DNA from: Ophelia neglecta
Taxonomy: Eukaryota
Length of the DNA stretch: 64,000 nt
Assembly: GCA_965285935.1 (NCBI GenBank)
Contig: OZ260661.1
Coordinates: 38,378,001-38,442,000 of the forward strand
Reading direction: 5' to 3'
Part shown: in pieces, positions 62,201-64,000 of the stretch
Layout: each line of letters starts with the position of its first letter
Numbering within the stretch: the stretch's first letter is position 1
The notes under the pieces: generated by a model
Database searches by the model: none
Seen by the model: only the letters and a program-made list of their open reading frames with translations
What the model was told of the DNA's origin: nothing
Program-made: the position numbers and the translations under genes

Positions 62201-63942
62201 CCCAGTCTTTGAGAAGAGACAATCAATGTATTCATCTGATATATTTCAAATGGGTCAATTGGACACAATCCACCCACCTCCCGAACATACTCCTCCTGTT
62301 CTTCTTTGAGGGTCAGCTCAATGAATATCTGCTGAAGTTTTTCATTACAATAGTTGATGATGAACTGTTCAAAGCCATTATCCTGAAATACACAAGTCAA
62401 ATCCTAGTCTTTAATGAAATGTTGCATGAAATTATCTTTTTCTTTCATGTGTACCTAATAAATACCTCTCTCCTTGTACATGTATCTTGTTTCTTGCTGT
62501 CTCTTCTCTTTGTTACTTCTTCAGAGATAGATACGATTCTCAATTAGGTCAGGTGTATTTAAAGTTTCAACAGAAATGTCCTGTTAACATACCAGCGATG
62601 TTACACAGCAAATACAATAATGATTCAACTAAAAACTTTGATGTAAATCAGTTTTTATGAAGAATAAATTTAGCCTTTTTCTCACCGGAAAAATTTCAAA
62701 CCCGTAGATGTCGAGGACTCCTATAGATTTTCTTTTTCCTCGAGTCTTGACCCGAATGCTATCATTTATCCTGTTGACCAGCCATGTAAACATTCTACTG
62801 TAGATAGCCTTGCATAGCGCGTCCCTTGCATATGTTGCCTAGAAAATGTTCATCAAATAATTGAGATTAAGGTAGATATTCAGCTCAATGACGATGCCGT
62901 CTCGCTTGAACTTCATACATTGTATAATGATGAATCAAAGGCTACAATCAGATGAATGGCTTGAGGAACTACTCTCTGGGAAACAAGGCAGGTATGGGCA
63001 TTTTGAGAAAACTTGTTAAAAAATAAAGTTTACTGGACACCTCTAGGTTTACACTGCTTAACGAAAGTTACATTTCTTGTTTGAAGCTTTATGAAATCAA
63101 GATATTGCGGTTAAATGGGTTAGGCTCAAAATAAAAAATGAGTTGCGTAGCTACTACAATATTATAGGGCAGCTATTCCTACTAAAGCATATTGCAAGTT
63201 GTGCGGGTGATTTGATTTATTTTGGTCAATGTTCCTGTTCCCTAAGGTTGCAGACTATAAGGAAACCCATTCCTGAGATCAAATTTTCTACGATGAGTGC
63301 ACCTATAAACCCAGATATGCCATACCAGCTATAAAAAAGTTAATTTTTTGTAGTTAAATGTGGCATGTACTAAAACAAATGCGATATTCATTTCTAAACC
63401 CAGTCTATAAACACCCCTGAGGACTTGCCACATTGATTTTTTTACATCTGCACCTGGATGGCTACCTTGATTTAAAAAGGGGTTAGGCAAGTTAACAGTC
63501 CCACATGCCCTTATCTCCTCCATGTATAAGATGTCATACACATTTTACTGTGACATGTTTCTGGGGAATTCATTTATTGAGTTAACAAAAAATAACAAGT
63601 AGTTGTGATCTTGTTAAGCATAAGTTTGAAAGTATAACTGAATCTATAGGTAAAGGGGCTAGGCATAGGAAGAATTTCAAATTGCCTGTAATATTATTTT
63701 CTTTCCTAAACTGTGGTGAAAACAAATATTTTGAGATAAATACCATACAAATTGTGTACCAATTACAGTTATTGGGTGCACCAAAATGATTTGTAAATTT
63801 ATGTTTTATTTCCTAGGTGTTACCTCTGTGGAGCTGAGATCAGTCTTGACATTTTCTGATTGTGTTTTGACTGTCCTCTGGGTGAGAGCCCTCAACAAAG
63901 GGTCAATATCACAGTGTAGTAAATCACAAACTTCAAACAGCT
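44165..63942 (-). CDS. MYO1B: Unconventional myosin class I, MYO1A/MYO1B subfamily (5'-truncated by the window edge; 17 coding exons, ~775 aa visible)
   Basis: The exons join in frame through GT-AG sites. Motifs: [69 protein letters not shown] motifs and a TH1 tail. [12 protein letters not shown] and [13 protein letters not shown] resemble vertebrate MYO1B. TEDS-site residue is Glu. Confidence 0.93.
44449..45104. mobile_element. CpG-rich putative non-autonomous element in the last myosin intron
   Basis: Short inverted ends tgatccacc/ggtggatca, an internal 12-bp-arm palindrome ggcatgccgtga-attaa-tcacggcatgcc (44489-44517), and composition unlike the flanks. Confidence 0.4.
45723..45862 (-). 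CDS. MYO1B: Myosin I TH1 exon
   Basis: [46 protein letters not shown]; donor CA|gtaagt. Confidence 0.9.
46032..47079 (-). mobile_element. Internally deleted pogo/Tigger-like DNA transposon
   Basis: TA|cagtggaatccctc ... gagggattccactg|TA (14-bp perfect TIR) with subterminal ttccgagatgccc-type repeats at both ends. A remnant ORF from 46370 ([42 protein letters not shown], frameshift, [13 protein letters not shown]) matches a CENP-B/psq-type N-terminal HTH. Confidence 0.88.
48543..50147 (-). mobile_element. Helentron-associated non-autonomous element (HINE/DINE-1-like) carrying a 451-bp tandem array
   Basis: 11-bp subterminal inverted repeats atgcctccgcc (48613) / ggcggaggcat (50133); hairpin caagcgacgcc-tagc-ggcgtcgcttg (48586-48611); (GGTC)n(GGAC)n microsatellite at 50031-50100; ctagtt terminus; internal repeat period 451 bp (48988, 49439, 49890). 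Confidence 0.85.
51185..51313 (-). mobile_element. tRNA-derived SINE fragment
   Basis: Minus strand has Pol III A box TGGCCTAGTGG and B box GGTTCAAATC at tRNA-like spacing, followed by a SINE body (aaaaataggtac...ccttgccaggcgcccggca) rather than a tRNA acceptor stem. Confidence 0.7.
51643..51795 (-). CDS. MYO1B: Myosin I TH1 (PH) exon
   Basis: ttccag|[51 protein letters not shown]|gtgacc. Confidence 0.9.
52094..52229 (-). CDS. MYO1B: Myosin I TH1 exon
   Basis: cctctag|(S)[45 protein letters not shown]|gtaagc. Confidence 0.92.
53100..53606. mobile_element. PIF/Harbinger-type MITE with a TTA/TAA target-site duplication
   Basis: TTA (53097-53099) | gggctcttccatttgaaaaggtg ... caccattttaaactgaacagccg | TTA (53607-53609). 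TIRs match at 17 of 23 positions, with G/C-rich subtermini. Confidence 0.7.
53611..53717 (-). CDS. MYO1B: Myosin I tail exon
   Basis: ttttcag|[37 protein letters not shown]|gtaacg. Confidence 0.92.
54167..54174 (+). promoter_or_regulatory. TATA box of the nested protease-like gene
   Basis: TATAAAAG about 105 nt upstream of the ATG at 54272, with an Inr-like ttcacca ~25-30 nt downstream. Confidence 0.55.
54272..55075 (+). CDS. Secreted PRSS23/PRSS35-like trypsin-fold protein, probably catalytically inactive; single coding exon nested in a myosin intron
   Basis: 267-aa ORF with a signal peptide and furin site RQRR. PF..IV.LS..CTGTLV...[12 protein letters not shown] resembles the PRSS23/35 family. 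The catalytic Asp region is present (FDFAVAKL), but the GxSG position reads KQEGAP. Confidence 0.85.
   Translation: MQYPVRFVVMCLLTPGLLARIDYDRLHRQRRAIVLKQLSDTDWLPRESTQSRKPAKTPLLKHPFDKIVWLSVNCTGTLVTPQHVLTAAHCVHDGNQFIYYASKLTITLGNEKLMVSEIRVPKNYIAKYDDWAVDKYQFDFAVAKLAKPVDGFRKPLHFHHKRIASEETFKALSFLNGHNVSQANTCTADWQEVNILLSVCQSFSVKQEGAPAMVHHSGEKWKILGIMSKAIEDISNHTVFAATVLMTKKNVFLLCKLTDDQMLECPK
55317..55448 (-). CDS. MYO1B: Myosin I post-IQ exon
   Basis: tttacag|[44 protein letters not shown]|gtaagt. Confidence 0.93.
55779..55940 (-). CDS. MYO1B: Myosin I IQ exon
   Basis: [54 protein letters not shown]|gtaagc. Confidence 0.92.
56616..56684 (-). CDS. MYO1B: Myosin I single-IQ exon (69 bp)
   Basis: ttattag|[23 protein letters not shown]|gtaaac. 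Confidence 0.9.
57338..57487 (-). CDS. MYO1B: Myosin I IQ1/IQ2 exon
   Basis: ttccag|[50 protein letters not shown]|gtagga. Confidence 0.93.
58342..58558 (-). CDS. MYO1B: Myosin I motor/converter exon
   Basis: [18 protein letters not shown]...[13 protein letters not shown]|gtgagt. Confidence 0.95.
59556..59689 (-). CDS. MYO1B: Myosin I motor exon
   Basis: [46 protein letters not shown]|gtaagt. Confidence 0.95.
60029..60199 (-). CDS. MYO1B: Myosin I motor exon
   Basis: [20 protein letters not shown]...[10 protein letters not shown]|gtctgt (weak donor). Confidence 0.93.
60324..60501. mobile_element. Tc1/mariner-type MITE (CAGTGAAACC TIR family)
   Basis: TA|cagtgaaacctg ... caggtttcactg with internal agaccacc repeats; inverted homolog of 41826-42003. 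Confidence 0.88.
60855..61049 (-). CDS. MYO1B: Myosin I motor exon
   Basis: [17 protein letters not shown]...FRLIHYAGA|gtgagt. Confidence 0.95.
61831..61893 (-). CDS. MYO1B: Myosin I motor exon
   Basis: cctag|[21 protein letters not shown]|gtatgt. Confidence 0.93.
62278..62382 (-). CDS. MYO1B: Myosin I motor exon (relay helix)
   Basis: [35 protein letters not shown]|gtgggt. Confidence 0.95.
62686..62838 (-). CDS. MYO1B: Myosin I motor exon (switch II)
   Basis: [51 protein letters not shown]|gtgaga. Confidence 0.95.
63824..63942 (-). CDS. MYO1B: Myosin I motor exon (contains the TEDS-site Glu)
   Basis: tttacag|..[39 protein letters not shown]|gtaaca. Confidence 0.9.
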
Positions 63943-64000
63943 CTGTAAATAAAACAAGATTAGTATTCAGAATACTGCTGATTTATCATGCCACAAATGA

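Overview
AT-rich, intron-rich invertebrate genomic DNA. Abundant TACATGTA motifs and the repeat types suggest a lophotrochozoan or mollusc; this is inference only. Three protein-coding loci can be reconstructed by hand. (1) Minus strand, 44165 to beyond 63942: the last 17 coding exons (~775 aa) of a class I myosin of the MYO1A/MYO1B type, covering the motor C-half, IQ neck and TH1 tail. All junctions are GT-AG and in frame; the 5' part lies outside the window. (2) Plus strand, 54272-55075: an intronless, secreted PRSS23/PRSS35-like trypsin-fold protein that has lost its catalytic Ser, nested antisense in a 1.6-kb myosin intron. (3) Minus strand, 3508-27642, the most interesting locus: two large, paralogous but divergent first coding exons (17027-17804 and 26841-27642). 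Each encodes a signal peptide, an angiopoietin/myocilin-like 'C-x-Y-T' cap, a coiled coil and the first third of an F5/8 type C (discoidin) domain. Both end in the same phase-1 donor (GAWCP A|gtaagt). Only one set of exons completing the domain was found (3925-4115 and 3508-3663). This looks like a protocadherin/UGT1A-style variable-exon/constant-exon gene making secreted oligomeric discoidin proteins with swappable stalks and binding loops. The rest of the window is minisatellites, MITEs, a pogo deletion derivative, Helentron-type (HINE) elements, a tRNA-derived SINE and a LINE fragment.
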